Assembly: GCF_009914755.1 (NCBI RefSeq) | Contig: NC_060925.1 | Direction: 5' to 3' (one strand) | DNA length: 64,000 nucleotides | Source of the DNA: the human T2T-CHM13v2.0 reference genome, Homo sapiens | Part shown: positions 16,215-41,531 of the stretch, in pieces | Layout: the number at the start of each line of letters is the position of its first letter | Position numbering within the stretch: the stretch's first letter is position 1 | The notes under the pieces: model-generated | Databases searched by the model: none | Seen by the model: only the letters and a program-made list of their open reading frames with translations | What the model was told of the DNA's origin: nothing | Position numbers and translations under genes: made by a program

Positions 16215-17754
16215 TCTCAGCTCTAGACAAGACAGAAAGACCCCTTCTCACTGAGTAAGTCAGCGAGTTTCCTTATGCTAACCCAGCCTGCAGGCCTTTG
16301 ACTTGGGATGCATCACACAGCTGCCGCTGCTGCCTCCAACTCCTCCTGCTACCAGGGGAGCATCCAAGGCTCCAAGTGACAAAGAACCACAGCTCCTTTA
16401 CTTGGGATTAATTAGATGCTAAAGGTGGACATCCTTTAAGGCAGCATATACAGGGTACAGAGGCGGGGAGCCAACACACCACCACCAAGTGGCCAGTTAA
16501 ATTCAGAGAGGAGAAAACTGGGCTTTGTGCAGATGCTAATGCCAAACAGAGCCCCAAGAGACTACCACAGAGACAGAGAGGAGAGCCAGCCCCATCCAGC
16601 TGAACCCCAGCCCTGAGGTGAGCAACTGTTCCCAAAGTGAGACCTGCCCTCCAAATACCTACAGCCTAATGACCCGAGGTGCCCATTCCTGGCCCGTATC
16701 TGGACAGTGGGCCCCAGGAATGGGATGCTTGTTACACGAGGCCTGGGGGCTTCTTATGCCCACGGAGTTTGATGACTACAGCCCTGAGAACCCCTCTCCC
16801 CATCTTTCCTTGACTCTCTGGTCCTCTCAGATGAAAGAACCCCCCAAAGTTGTCAATGGCAGGGTTTACTTTCTCTTCCCTCATAAACTCAAACTTTTCC
16901 TGAATTACTTTTCAGAAAAAGAAAATTCATTGTGTATTTAAGAGTCAGTTAAAGAACACTACTGAAGATCACTGAGCACTCTGATTTGCCTGATAATCCC
17001 GAGATCCTCCTGCGTAAAAATGAAAGGCGGACATTGGGGCCAGAGGCTAAAAGACACCTCTGGACACAGATTTAAAAATAACAGATAAAAACACAAAAGA
17101 GGAGTTGTCTCTTCCAGCTCTCCAAAGTCAAACACCTTGGCAAAGCAGGATCCGGGGGGGACAAGGAAACAGATGTGTACAGACGAGTTCCACATGGGGA
17201 AGGTCAGGGTCACAGGATGCCCAGTGTGGGTGCAGGGCTCCGGGAAAATTTCCCTAAGGATACAGGAGTGGGCCAGGCAAAGGGCAAGGACCTTCATGGT
17301 AGGAGGGCCTCAGTGAGCAAACATGCCCAGGTAAGAAATGGCATGCAAGCCACCAACGCCAGGTAGTTTGTGTTGCTGAAGCATCCAACGCGAGGCAGGG
17401 AGTGGTGAGAGGTGGCCCAGGATAGAGGCCTGACACCCACCTTAGGAGTGTAGCCTTTACCCTTCCATAATGGACTCAAAAACACAGAACTCCAGCCTGT
17501 TCCTGTATTTTTCTTCATATAAAAGTAACTGATGTTCTCTGCAGAAACATTAGAAAATACGCATGTGCAAAAATAAGAAAATAAGGTACCCATGACCTTA
17601 CCTCCCAGATATAACTGCTGTTAACATTCAAGCATGTTTTTCCTGTGTGTGACTGTGTGTATGCTTATATAAAGTTTTATTATTACAAACATGTGGACCA
17701 CACTGTAATGCTATTTTATGTTTCCTTTTTTCCCACCTAAAATACATTAAGGGA

Positions 17755-20170
<2,416 letters not shown>

Positions 20171-21696
20171 TGTTTTGGCCCTTATTCTAAACCCTAGGAG
20201 ACTGACTATATGTGGTGCACCAGAAAGTAAGAGGGATGATCCATTGCACTGCAGGTCTAATCTACCAGGCTCCCAATTTGTTTTCAGAGCTGTGCCACTG
20301 GGGAGCACAGCCATGACTTAATTTTGAGAATAACTAGGATTGTGTAACTCACTGAGCCCCAACAGTCCCCAGATGGAGCAGAAGCCACAGTTAGGCTTGG
20401 CTGGGCCTTCTGCCAAAGAGGCTCATGCTGGAAGCAGATTCAGTGTCATTCACATAAAAGCAGAGAAGGGTAAAACTGCTTCTAGAAATATCTTTAAAAG
20501 CTGGGCAGTAATGTGTCTGGCACTGTGTTCCTGCTCTTTGCTTGGCTAACTCCTACGCATCCTTCTCAATCTAAGTATCACTTCCTCAGAGAAGTCTTCC
20601 TTGATAACCTCATGACCAGTGGGTCCCAGTTAGTCTCACTCATGGTGGTCTGTAATTTTCCTCCATAGTACTTTCCAGATTTTGTAACTATGTATTTATT
20701 TGTGTTTATATGCTTAATGTCTGCCCCCCTCCACCAGAAAAATTCCACCACAACTAAAAATTTCACAAGGAAAAACAAATGTATAAACATATATATAAAA
20801 CCACTGCAGCCCACTGCCAGGCCCAGCAGATACTCCATGAGTGAACGGATACCTTCCCTCCAGCTGGTGACAGTCATTGCCAGGGTCGGCGGCCCTGGGC
20901 CTGTCCTGCGCTGCCCACTGCCTCCAATAGTAAGTTGGTATCACCACCCTTCTGATCCTGTTCTCTGTCTTCCCGGGAGCAGTAAGCCACCTCTTTCTTT
21001 CCCAGGTCCCTGGAGACCACCATGGAGGCGCGTAACATCTGTGTAGACGCTGCCTACGCGCCTACGCACAGGCATGGTCTAGACAACAGTTTGCAGGGAG
21101 CAGCTGCAGCACAGACAATCAGTGGGCTCAGCCTGACCCGCCCCTCCCCCATCTCAGGATTCGACTCAAGCAAATGGCGTGGGAACTGCTCCAAGACACA
21201 GGCCGACAGAAGGATGGCAACAGACGCGCAGGGAGATGAAAAAGATGCTTGTGGGGGAAGAGGGAGCAAGGCTGCCTCCCTTCCTGCCACCCCTTCATGC
21301 TACCCAGAGTTGACTGAAGCAAAGGAAGCGTCATGAAGAGGCAGGCCCAGAAAACCGGAAGCTGCTGCAGGCTTACTAGTAGGGTGAGCAAAGACACAGC
21401 TCCCAGGGACAGACCCCCCTTTCCCTGCCCCATCCTCCAATCATCTGGCTGTGCGTCCCTCCAGAGACACGCCTGCAAGTGGTCCACAAACACTCCTCTA
21501 GAGGGCCTGCTCAGAGGGATCCCGGCTTCACAGTGAGATCTGTGATGATGCCCCAGCTACTCTGGTCTCAGGAAGACTGGGAGCCCAGGTCCCCCCAGAC
21601 ACCTGGTCCTCAGGCTGGGGTGCATGGTCCACTACTCGGTGCCCCAGGAACTCAACAGTCCTTGCTTAGCAGTCTCCGGAGCTTTGAATCTGTTAA

Positions 21697-22072
<376 letters not shown>

Positions 22073-23019
22073 TAGAACCTGAACTCAACAGGAAGCTCAG
22101 AGAGGCAACAATGAGGGTGAGGGGAGGAGGCCAGGAAAGAGCAAGAGAGCCCAGCTGGCACTCCGCCGTCCGCAGGCTGTAGCTGTGCCTGATTCTGAAA
22201 GCAGGGGGTTCCATTGCTTTGCCAAGCCTGGGGAGCAACTGTGGGCCTCAGTGTGAGAGGGCCTCACCTGTGGGACAGCTCCCACTGCGTGGCCTGAGTA
22301 GGGGGTACCTGATCTTACTCTGTCAATTTGGGGCTAAAGTCATCTCACCCTAAAGCTACCGGGCAACGTGAGCCCAGATCTCCCAGCAAGGCAGTGAAAG
22401 CCAAGCCATCAGAGCCACATAAGGGTTCCAAGGCTGAAGATGCCCGGAGTCCAGTGGTATAGTGTGACCAGGTCCAGGAAAGCTGGCAGGGATAGCTCTA
22501 CCCCATGGTTCCACCTGGTAGACACACCAATCTCCAAAGGGATGAGGGGTACAAAGATGGCACTGAGCAGATGAAACGCCACCACTGATCTCCCCAGCTC
22601 AGTCTGTCCTCATGTCTACCCAACTACAAAGGAGCTGAAGCCTGGCCAAGGCATGGAGGGTCCCCCACTCTACACTGAGAAGCATCCCCACAGGCAGCCA
22701 CATAGGAGCGCACACATGCTGGCAATTACCTACTTGACATACAGTAAGGGACTGTCCAGGATGAAGAGTCCGCCAGCCTCCCTGAATGGGTCTGTGGTCA
22801 TGCTCCAGTTGGAGGTGAAGTGTGGGTGGTGGGGAGGAGTCTGGAATTCAGACCTGGTGCCTCCAGCTTAAGATCTCTTGGAGCAGGATTGCGGGAGGAG
22901 AGCAGAGCACATATATTGTGCTGTAAAACTTTTACTGCCGAAGGACATAGCTTCTGGGTGTGTGCACTGGTCAAAACAATTGAACAGCACAGTTAAAAGA
23001 CATGTGAAATCACTGTGTG

Positions 23020-23830
23020 TAAATATACCTATATTTTTTAAAAGGCAAGCTGCAATCTTAACCAACTGGTCAAAGTTACTATCACCAATAACAGAACAAA
23101 CTGGCATCACACACCTCCTAACATGATGCCCTTAATAAACATGTACTACTCATGCTATATATATATATTTTTTCGAGACAGGGTCTTGCTCTGTCACCCA
23201 GACTGGAGTGCAGCTTCCACCTGCCAGGCCCAAGTGATTCTCCCACCTCAGCCTCCTGGGTAGCTGAGACTACTGGCACACATTACCATACCTGGCTAAT
23301 TTTTAAAATGTTTTGTAGAGAGGAGGTCTTGCTATGTTGCATAGGCTGGTCTCGAACTCCTGGGCTAAAGTGATCCTTCCACCTTGGCCTCCCAAAGTGC
23401 TAGGATTACAGGCGTGAGCCACCACCCCCAATCTACTCATGCTATTTTTTTTTCCAAAAATGTATAATTTGAATCTAATCATGAAACAAACCCAAATTGA
23501 AGGACATTCACAATAGGCCTGTATGTTTCAAAAACATCCATGTCAGACAGTTAAAGAAAAGCTGAAGAATGATTCTAGATTAAAGGAGACTAAAGACATA
23601 CAACAAAGAAATACAATGGGTGATCTGGGAGAAAAAAGGTATAAAAGACATGATTGGACAACTGGTAAAATCTGAATATAGACTGTTTATTAGATAATAG
23701 TATTGTATCAGTTAAATTTCCTGAACTTGCAAATTGCATTGTGGTTCTACAGGAGAATGCCCTTGTTCTTAGGTGATACATACTCAAGTGTTTTGGGGTG
23801 AAGGGTCATGAAGTCTGTAACTTACTCTCA
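23020..23830 (+). mobile_element. Old L1 (L1MC-like) 3' fragment interrupted by an AluJ (~23156-23430)
   Basis: AT-rich L1M 3'-end motifs such as TTAGATAATAGTATTGTATCA and GGGTGAAGGGTCATGA. Confidence 0.6.
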
Positions 23831-24078
23831 GGTCCCCCGAGGCAGAGGAGAAAATCCAGCCTGCTCGAATAGCTCCCAAGACCTGATTCACAGGTTCAGA
23901 GGGACCTGTGGCTTGTGGGTACACAGCCCACAGTGGCAGAACTTGCAGTCTCATATATGTTGGGCAGAGCCAGCCTGGCATGAACAGGAATTCAGTCTTT
24001 TATGGCCCCCTCTCTTCAACACTGTGCTATTATCAAAGAATTGGTTGGGGGGGCGGGGCCTCCATGCAATCTCCAGGC

Positions 24079-24092
24079 CTGCCACCTGGTGG
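24079..24092 (-). promoter_or_regulatory. Candidate CTCF site CCACCAGGTGGCAG
   Basis: Near-consensus CTCF core, with CTGCAC 12 nt upstream on the minus strand. Confidence 0.45.
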
Positions 24093-25631
24093 TGTCTTTC
24101 TGTAGTGCAGCTTCACAGGGTTTTTCTGCACCAGGTGCAGGATGGTGGGGCCCTGCTCTCCTCAGGCTGATCAGGAAGGATGCACTCCATGGGAAGAGCT
24201 CACCTCAGCCACCTGTGTAAGTGGGGCTGGGCAATCAGATCCCAGGAGGCTGCCGTCTCTCTGCCTGCTGTGGAGGTCCTCCAAGGGCTCCATGCTCTTC
24301 AGGAAGAACCCCAATTCCTCAGTGAGCCTAAGCAGACCTAGAATACTTCTCCAGCCTCACTGCCTTTATATGCACCCTAAATCCAGCCACACCAAATGAC
24401 ACAATCCCGAGTATGCCATGAACACCCCTGCCCCGCCCAACTCTCCCTGGTTGGCACATCCTTCTCCCTTGGTCCTCACTGAAATGTCACCTGCTGCAGA
24501 AAGTCTTCACAGAAGGCCTCCTGCCAAAGCTGGCTGCTCCTCCTCCAACCCCCAGAGCACCTGAGTACACCTCCGTCCCCTCCCACTGTGCTGCAACCAT
24601 TGGTTTATCTGTCTGACTCCCCCATCTCAGGCTGTGGGCTCCCTTGAGGGAGCAACTCCAATCCACCGCTGCCTCCCTGCACCCAGCCCACTGCCTGGCG
24701 CAAAGCTGGAAGAGAACACAGTGTGGGGCTGTTTGCTGGGCATCTATAAGGCACCATGGTCCCTGCTGGGGCAGGAGACAGAGGCAGTTGAATAAAGAGG
24801 TACAAGGTGTGATTCACAGGAAAACTCTGTCCAAGGAGGGGCCAGTGGCTGGAGTGGGACCCTGAAGAAAGTACAGATGGTCAGACTAGCCAGTATCTGC
24901 CAAGTCATGGCTGGAGACAGGGTGCCACAGCTGTAGGTAACTGGGGCTGCACTGGATAGTCTGTCCAGGAAAAGTCCCATGTCAGAAATGCATGAGGCAG
25001 AATGGGGACTAGGCTGGCTGATTACCGGGGGTTTTGCTTAGACAGCATTTGCTGCTGGAGAGCAACCCCTACTGAAGAATTAAACCTGTTCATAACATGC
25101 CTGCAGCTGTGCAGAAGCCCTCACTGATGAAGGGATGGACCAGGCCCTGTGCGGGAGAATCCCCCAAATCCAGCCAAACGATCTGCTTTCCTGCGGCAAG
25201 ATGTGGGGAGTGTGTGAGTGGCAGCCTGGCCTGTCCCTTCACACTGGTGACAGGTCCTCCAGGCCACTCCAGGTTTGTGGTGTGAAAGTCCTTCTGCTGG
25301 TCAGAAAAATTCCAACCACTTGCGCTTCTCTGAAAAGAGAACTTCTGGCCTAACCATGCATTTATCTGACTACACCTGGGGTGAAATGACAACACTCTAG
25401 GTGAGTGATGTGAAATCTGAATGCGCGATGCAACTGAGGTCACCACCCACGCTCTGCAGACCACCCGTGCACACTAGGTGGCTGCCAGGTCTCTTGTAGA
25501 TTCCTGCGCACCTCTCTGGGTGGTGAATTTCAGACTTAAAACCTGCAAGGGCGGCTCACACTCTCAGATTAACTATCAGAACTAATTTTTACACATGGCT
25601 TTATAGTTTACAAAGCATTTGTGAATATAAT

Positions 25632-27014
<1,383 letters not shown>

Positions 27015-30000
27015 CATAATGATAACTGATCACCTCCCCACAACACACACACACAACACAAAATTTTCTAGAAAAAGAAATTGAGCCCGGGCACGGTGGC
27101 TCATGCCTGTTACCCCAGCATTTTGGGAGGCTGAGGTGGGAGGATCACTTGAGCCCAGGAGTTCAAAGCTGGCACAGCTGGTAGACCCAGCTACTTGGGA
27201 GTTTTAGCTTGCTTAGTTTGGAGGACTGCTTGAGCGCAGGAGTTTGAGGCTGCGTGAGCCATGACAGCACCACTCTAGCCTGGGGGACAGAGTGAGACCT
27301 TGTCTCAAAAAAAAAAAAAAAAAAAAAAAAAGAAAGAAAGAAAAAGAAAAAAGAAATTGAGACTCAGAGCTGCCTGAAGTCACCTGGCTAGCTGTTGGAA
27401 GAGGTGGGATATAAACACAGCTTTTTCAATGCTGAATCCCATATTCTTTTTCCCTGACTGCACTGCTTCCTCAACTGCCCCTTCTCCACCCAATGTCTGC
27501 ATGGTTCCAGGCATGCCAAGCACAGACTTACTTATAAACAATCATTCTCCTGGAACCAGGGTGCTGTCAAGCCAGAAAGCTGCAGGTGAGCAGGGAGGGA
27601 GAGAGGTCATGCTTCCCTCAGAATGAGGCATTTCAGGGGCTGCCGAGCGGGGCCTCTCTGGAGAAAAGGGCTGAGTCAGAGGTGGGTTACTGAGATATCC
27701 CTCCACCAGCCAACAGGCAGCATCCCCCACCCTTCCCTGACACAAACACTCTGGGCGCCACCCCTGATGCACTTAATACTCACATGTAGATGCTTCTACC
27801 AGGGATACCTACAGACCTGCTCTCCATCCACAAAGGCAGTCCAGGAAACCCAGAGGAATTCACAGCTCAGAGAACCAAGGGTTTCAAGCCATGGACCAGT
27901 TACGCAAATGCCAACTGGGATAGCAAGATGGATTTGGGGGTCATGGAGGTCCGGGCTCAAATTTCAACTTCTGACACTCACTTATTTTGTGACTCTACAC
28001 TAGTCACCTACCCTTCAGGGGCCTCAGTTTCCTCATCTGTAAAACAGAGATGGTAATATGCCTTCACAGGACAGCTGAATGATGCTGTGGCTGGCGGTGT
28101 CACCAGGTCTTTGCTGGGTGAAGGGTGGGTGCTCCCTGCTCCGTGCTGAGGCCGCTTCCCTGTGGCAAGTCTCTGCAGGTATGTCTTTTTTTCATTATCA
28201 TTTGATGGGCACCCACCGCTTGCCAGAAACCATTCCCAGTGTTTCCCAGATTCTCTCTTTAACTCGCACCACTTTCTGATGTGGATTCTCCCCTTCTATT
28301 ATTGAAAAAGCAAAGCCTAAAGACTGTGGCCCAGGTTGAGGCTCTGGTGAGGGCTTTTCCACTGAGTCTGAATGACAGCCATCCCTGAAGAAGGCATGCA
28401 CCCTCTCCCCGGGAGCTTGGTGGCTATGAGCAATCTCCTTAGGAACCCATTGGAAGCCATTTGCTTTGTGCTCAGGACAGATGCTGACAGGCTGGGGAGG
28501 CGGATAGAGAGGAGGATTAGTAATCCCTCGATTTCAGCCAGGACTCCCTGACGACAAAGATTCATGCATGTGCTGTCATCTTCACTGCTCCAAAACAGAG
28601 CGATGATTTTGTTCATTTTTAAAACGCAGGACATGTATAGCTCCAATTTGTCAAGAATACATAATATCACATCATTTAATGCATAATATCACATCTCCAA
28701 ATGCTGCACTTTATTGCCTTGGGGGTTATAAGTGAACTGGCTGCTTCTAACCAGAGCTCTCTTTGTATAGGATGACCCCACCCCCTGAGGCCTGCTCTGC
28801 TCCCAGCCTGTGGGAGAGTACCTGCTGCAGCCAGAGAGGAAGTGACTCAGCCCAGTGGGAAGTGGGAGGGGCGGTCAGCAAGAGGGCCCTGCGCCCAGCC
28901 TGCTCCCCCAGCACATCCTCTGCCACCGCTGCCTTTCCTCAGCAGGACTCCAATGTGCTGAGCACAGCAGGCCTGGGGGCCAGGCAGGGCCTGAAAGTCC
29001 AGGGTCTGCAGCTTGGTGACCTAGCTCTAGTCTCCTCCAGGAAGCAAGGTTCATGAGTTAGCCCCACATAAGGAGACTGCGTAATCAGTGACATCCCTCC
29101 TCACCCCACTGCCCCGAGGAAGTCCCCACTGGGCTTTTCTGTGACCTCCTTTGGAGGCTGCAAAGAAAGCCTAGAAGCTAAAGGCCCCTGGCCAAGGGGG
29201 TGCATCCCAGAGAAATTCTGGAAGAAAAGTCTCAGGGCTGTGCACACAGAGGTAGAGAGAAGCTTTCTCTGCAGGCTCTCCTGGGGAAAAAATACATGGA
29301 GTTAGAGACCGGTCCCCATAGCCCTGAACCAGACCGGCTGCTCCTGGGAGCAAAGGGCTTCACCAGCAGTCACACTGAGAGCCACCAGAGCAGAATCCAG
29401 GGCAGCATTGCCAGCCCTGCCACCAGCTCTCCCCTCCCAAGGGCCTCCGGAAGCAGCTGATGTGACAACAAATAATCTGTCACTGTGTGTGGGTGTCAGA
29501 GGAGGAAGGGACAGACTTACAAGCTCTTTCTCTGGGCCGTACTGGCCTGGCCTCTCCATCCAGAGAGGTAGCCTGGGAAAGCAGCCAAGCACCCTGGCTT
29601 AGGGATGTTTGCGGTGGCCCCTTGGCTCTTCAGGGTGCCTTCTGCCATGCGCAGTGACGGCAGACTGAGTCACTGGCAGGTCTTCCCTGTCATACTGGCC
29701 TGCTCTGGCTCATTTGGACTAGAAGAGGAGATTGCAACAAGGGAGATCCTGGCATGGGCATGTGACTAAGAGTCCCTTCAGCTCCAACCATCAGTTGTTG
29801 CTTTGTGCAGTGACTCAGTCCTGGAATAAGGCCTGCCATGGGGTCCCATGTGGAGTTCAAGTTCTTACCACCCATGATAGCCCAAATCAGGCAAGGAGAA
29901 AGCAGCAAGCAACCGCAGAACAACTGGTTGATTCTAAAAGCCACCATTCTGTCCACTGTGTGACCTGGACACATGCTTCTCTGCTCTGCAGTCTTCTCAT

Positions 30001-30107
30001 CTGGAGGACAGGGACAGCGCTACTCCCAAAAAGGGTTCCCTTCAGGATTGCCAGGGCCCAGTACATAGGAGGCACTAGACGCTTAACTTAGAAATGTTAC
30101 GTTTCCT

Positions 30108-39268
<9,161 letters not shown>

Positions 39269-40625
39269 TAATTAGACTGTATGCTCCTTGAAATAAAAAT
39301 AGATAACATTTATTGAATTCTTATTACGTGGCAAACATGGTTGTATGTTTTACATGTTAACTTTTTACTCTTCATAATATCTCTCTCTGTTATCATCCTT
39401 GTTTTATAGACGAAGACACTGAGGCACAGGGAGACTAAGCAATGTGCCCAGGTACACACAGCTGGAAAGTTGCTGAGCCAGAATTTGAACTCAGGAAGTC
39501 TGGCTCCAAAGCCTACTCTTAACCACTATGCTGTCTAGCACTTGCCTCTAGGCAAGGACTCTTGTTGTGGTCATGTGAGAAATGAATGAATGAATGAATG
39601 AGGACTGTCTAGATTAACCCAACCAACAACTTGCACAGCACGGCCATTAGGAAGCACTAAAGGAGCTCACAGGCACTGTTTACAAACAAGATTATTTTGG
39701 CCCTACAATTACACATTCTGCTCTTCCTTATCTCACGCAAAACTACTCAAAGAGGGAAAGGCGCCCAGCCCAGTATGCCTACCCTCTTCCCCACTGGTTC
39801 TCAAAACCAAAGCAAAGCCAACCGGTTTCCTCCAGTGACTTAAAACAGAGCAAAGTCTATCCTGCCACACAGAGGGCGGCTGTCATCTCTTCCTTCCGCT
39901 AACAAAAGGGCTTCAAACCTGGGGATTGGGGTGGGCAGAAAACTCGGCATCAGGAATCCGAATGTCCCTACCTAACTGGCTGGAAGGCGGGGCCAAGTGG
40001 CGTGGGAATGGGCGGGCCTGACCGGCTCGGCAGGTGAAACACTGACCACAGCAAGCTCTCCTTGGAAAAGGCCGGCCAAACGTGGCCTTGGCAAGCAGGT
40101 AGCTGTGACTCGTACCTGAACGCCGCCCGGGATATGAAAATTCCCCAGCAGCGGTAGCGCCCGTGCCAGAGTGAGGGCTCTTGGAGGAAGCCCTGGCTGG
40201 CCCTCCCTGGGGACTCGTTCTAACTATCAAGTCACCCTCGGGATTAGGAGGGAAACACGGAGAGGCAGAAGGTGTCTTTTTGGAAAGATCTGGCTGGATT
40301 CACACGCCGGTTGCTTCACTCACTGGCTGGGTGACTCTAGGCAAAGCTGGCAGTGCCCACTTCCCAGAGCTGCGGCGGGGACTGAAGCTCCCGCGGCCTC
40401 CCGGTACCCGGCGCGAGGCAGCCCTCGCCCCTGCCGCCGGGGAAGGGCAGAGCCCCAGCGGAGGAGGGGGCATTCGCCGGGGCCATTTCTGCTGCACTCA
40501 GATGGCTTCAGGCTGTCACTCCGATTCCACCGCCGCGGCCGCCGGGGCCCGCCCCGCCTACCCGCAACCCCCACCCGGCTCCCCGCTCCTGGACCCCTGC
40601 CCTCACCTTCGCCGGGTGGTCAGAG

Positions 40626-40637
40626 CTATTCGCCCAT
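40626..40637 (-). CDS. Candidate uORF2 in the STK40 leader (MGE*)
   Basis: ACT ATG GGC GAA TAG, with A at -3 and G at +4. Confidence 0.5.
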   Translation of the reverse strand: MGE

Positions 40638-40714
40638 AGTCCGTAGCCCAGAGCCGGGGCTGCTCGGCTCTCCCTCCCGGGGGGCCGGGGCCGGGCTGGA
40701 GGCGTGCGAGCCTC

Positions 40715-40777
40715 TCACCGCCGCGTCCCAGCGCAGCCACCCGAGCCGCCGCCGCCGCCGCCGCCGCCTCCCTCCAT
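40715..40777 (-). CDS. Candidate uORF1 in the STK40 leader, MEGGGGGGGGGSGGCAGTRR (20 aa, poly-Gly)
   Basis: GCAGCCATGG strong Kozak context; GGA(GGC)8; TGA at 40715-40717. Translation is not demonstrated. Confidence 0.55.
   Translation of the reverse strand: MEGGGGGGGGGSGGCAGTRR
40745..40768 (-). repeat. (GGC)8 trinucleotide repeat in the STK40 5' UTR
   Basis: GCCGCCGCC... on the plus strand. Confidence 0.95.
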
Positions 40778-41522
40778 GGCTGCGGCGCCGCCACCTGACA
40801 ACGGAAGTGACGCACCGCCCCCCTCCTCCCCAGCCTTAGCCGCGGCCCCGCCCCCCCGGGCCCCGCCCTCCGCCTGCGTCTCCAGCCCCACGGCTTTCGG
40901 ATTGGGGCGCCATCTTGACGATGGGCGGAAGACTTCAGGCAAGAGGCCAGAGTCCGATTGAGGATTGGTTCAGGGTGGGGTCTGGGCGAAACCTGTTACA
41001 CGATTGGAGGCCGAGGCTCTAATGGGGCGGTACTTACTGCTGATCTATATCTGCGGCGAGGCTGGGACGGAGGCACCGCCCCGCCCGACCCCACAGAACC
41101 TCGCGGGCCCTACACTCCCCCTGCCGAGGTTGAAGTCCCCAGCGGTTGGAAGATCGGCCAATTGTAGTGTATTTATCAGAAAAGTGACTCATCCTTGATC
41201 CTCATTTCCCGGTTTGTGGAACTCTGTGAGGAAAGCCCTGCAGTTAGGCTCAATAAAAGACAGAAATTCCTGTCGCAGCGCTCATAATTCATTTCCCTCT
41301 AGGTCTGTCGCCTTTGTAGAAACCCCGAGGATGGCAACCTTCAACCTGGAGATCCCTGAAGCCTTGACCAGGGAGGTTTACAGTGAAGCGTTCCTATTAG
41401 CGACTACAGCTATCTAACCTCAGTTCCTCCTGCTGCAGTTTCGGTCCCTTTCTCCTCCTCCTCCAGCAACCACGCCCTCCATGAATCAGCTTCTTGCACC
41501 AGCAGATGAGCCCTTTAAAGGG

Positions 41523-41531
41523 ATTGCATCA
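41523..41531. promoter_or_regulatory. C/EBP-ATF composite element (AARE/CARE) ATTGCATCA
   Basis: Exact match to the TGATGCAAT consensus (reverse strand), ~0.7 kb upstream of the STK40 TSS and next to AP-1 TGACTCA at 41538-41544. Confidence 0.45.

Larger units (their letters stand above)
40607..40808 (-). other. STK40: STK40 exon 1 (5' UTR, non-coding for the main ORF)
   Basis: Lies in a CpG island. Minus-strand donor GAAG|GTGAGG at 40607/40606. Promoter motifs sit immediately upstream. The 5' end is approximate. Confidence 0.75.
40050..41170. promoter_or_regulatory. STK40: STK40 CpG-island promoter
   Basis: Very high GC/CpG. ETS-CRE CGGAAGTGACG at 40802-40812, several GC boxes, YY1 CGCCATCTT at 40908-40916, CCAAT boxes at 40901, 40964, 41003 and 41158. 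Confidence 0.85.

Noticed and set aside
40171-40961. Long Pro/Arg/Gly-rich ORFs on both strands
   Set aside because: Stop-poor CpG island with mostly non-ATG starts; only the short ATG uORFs were retained.
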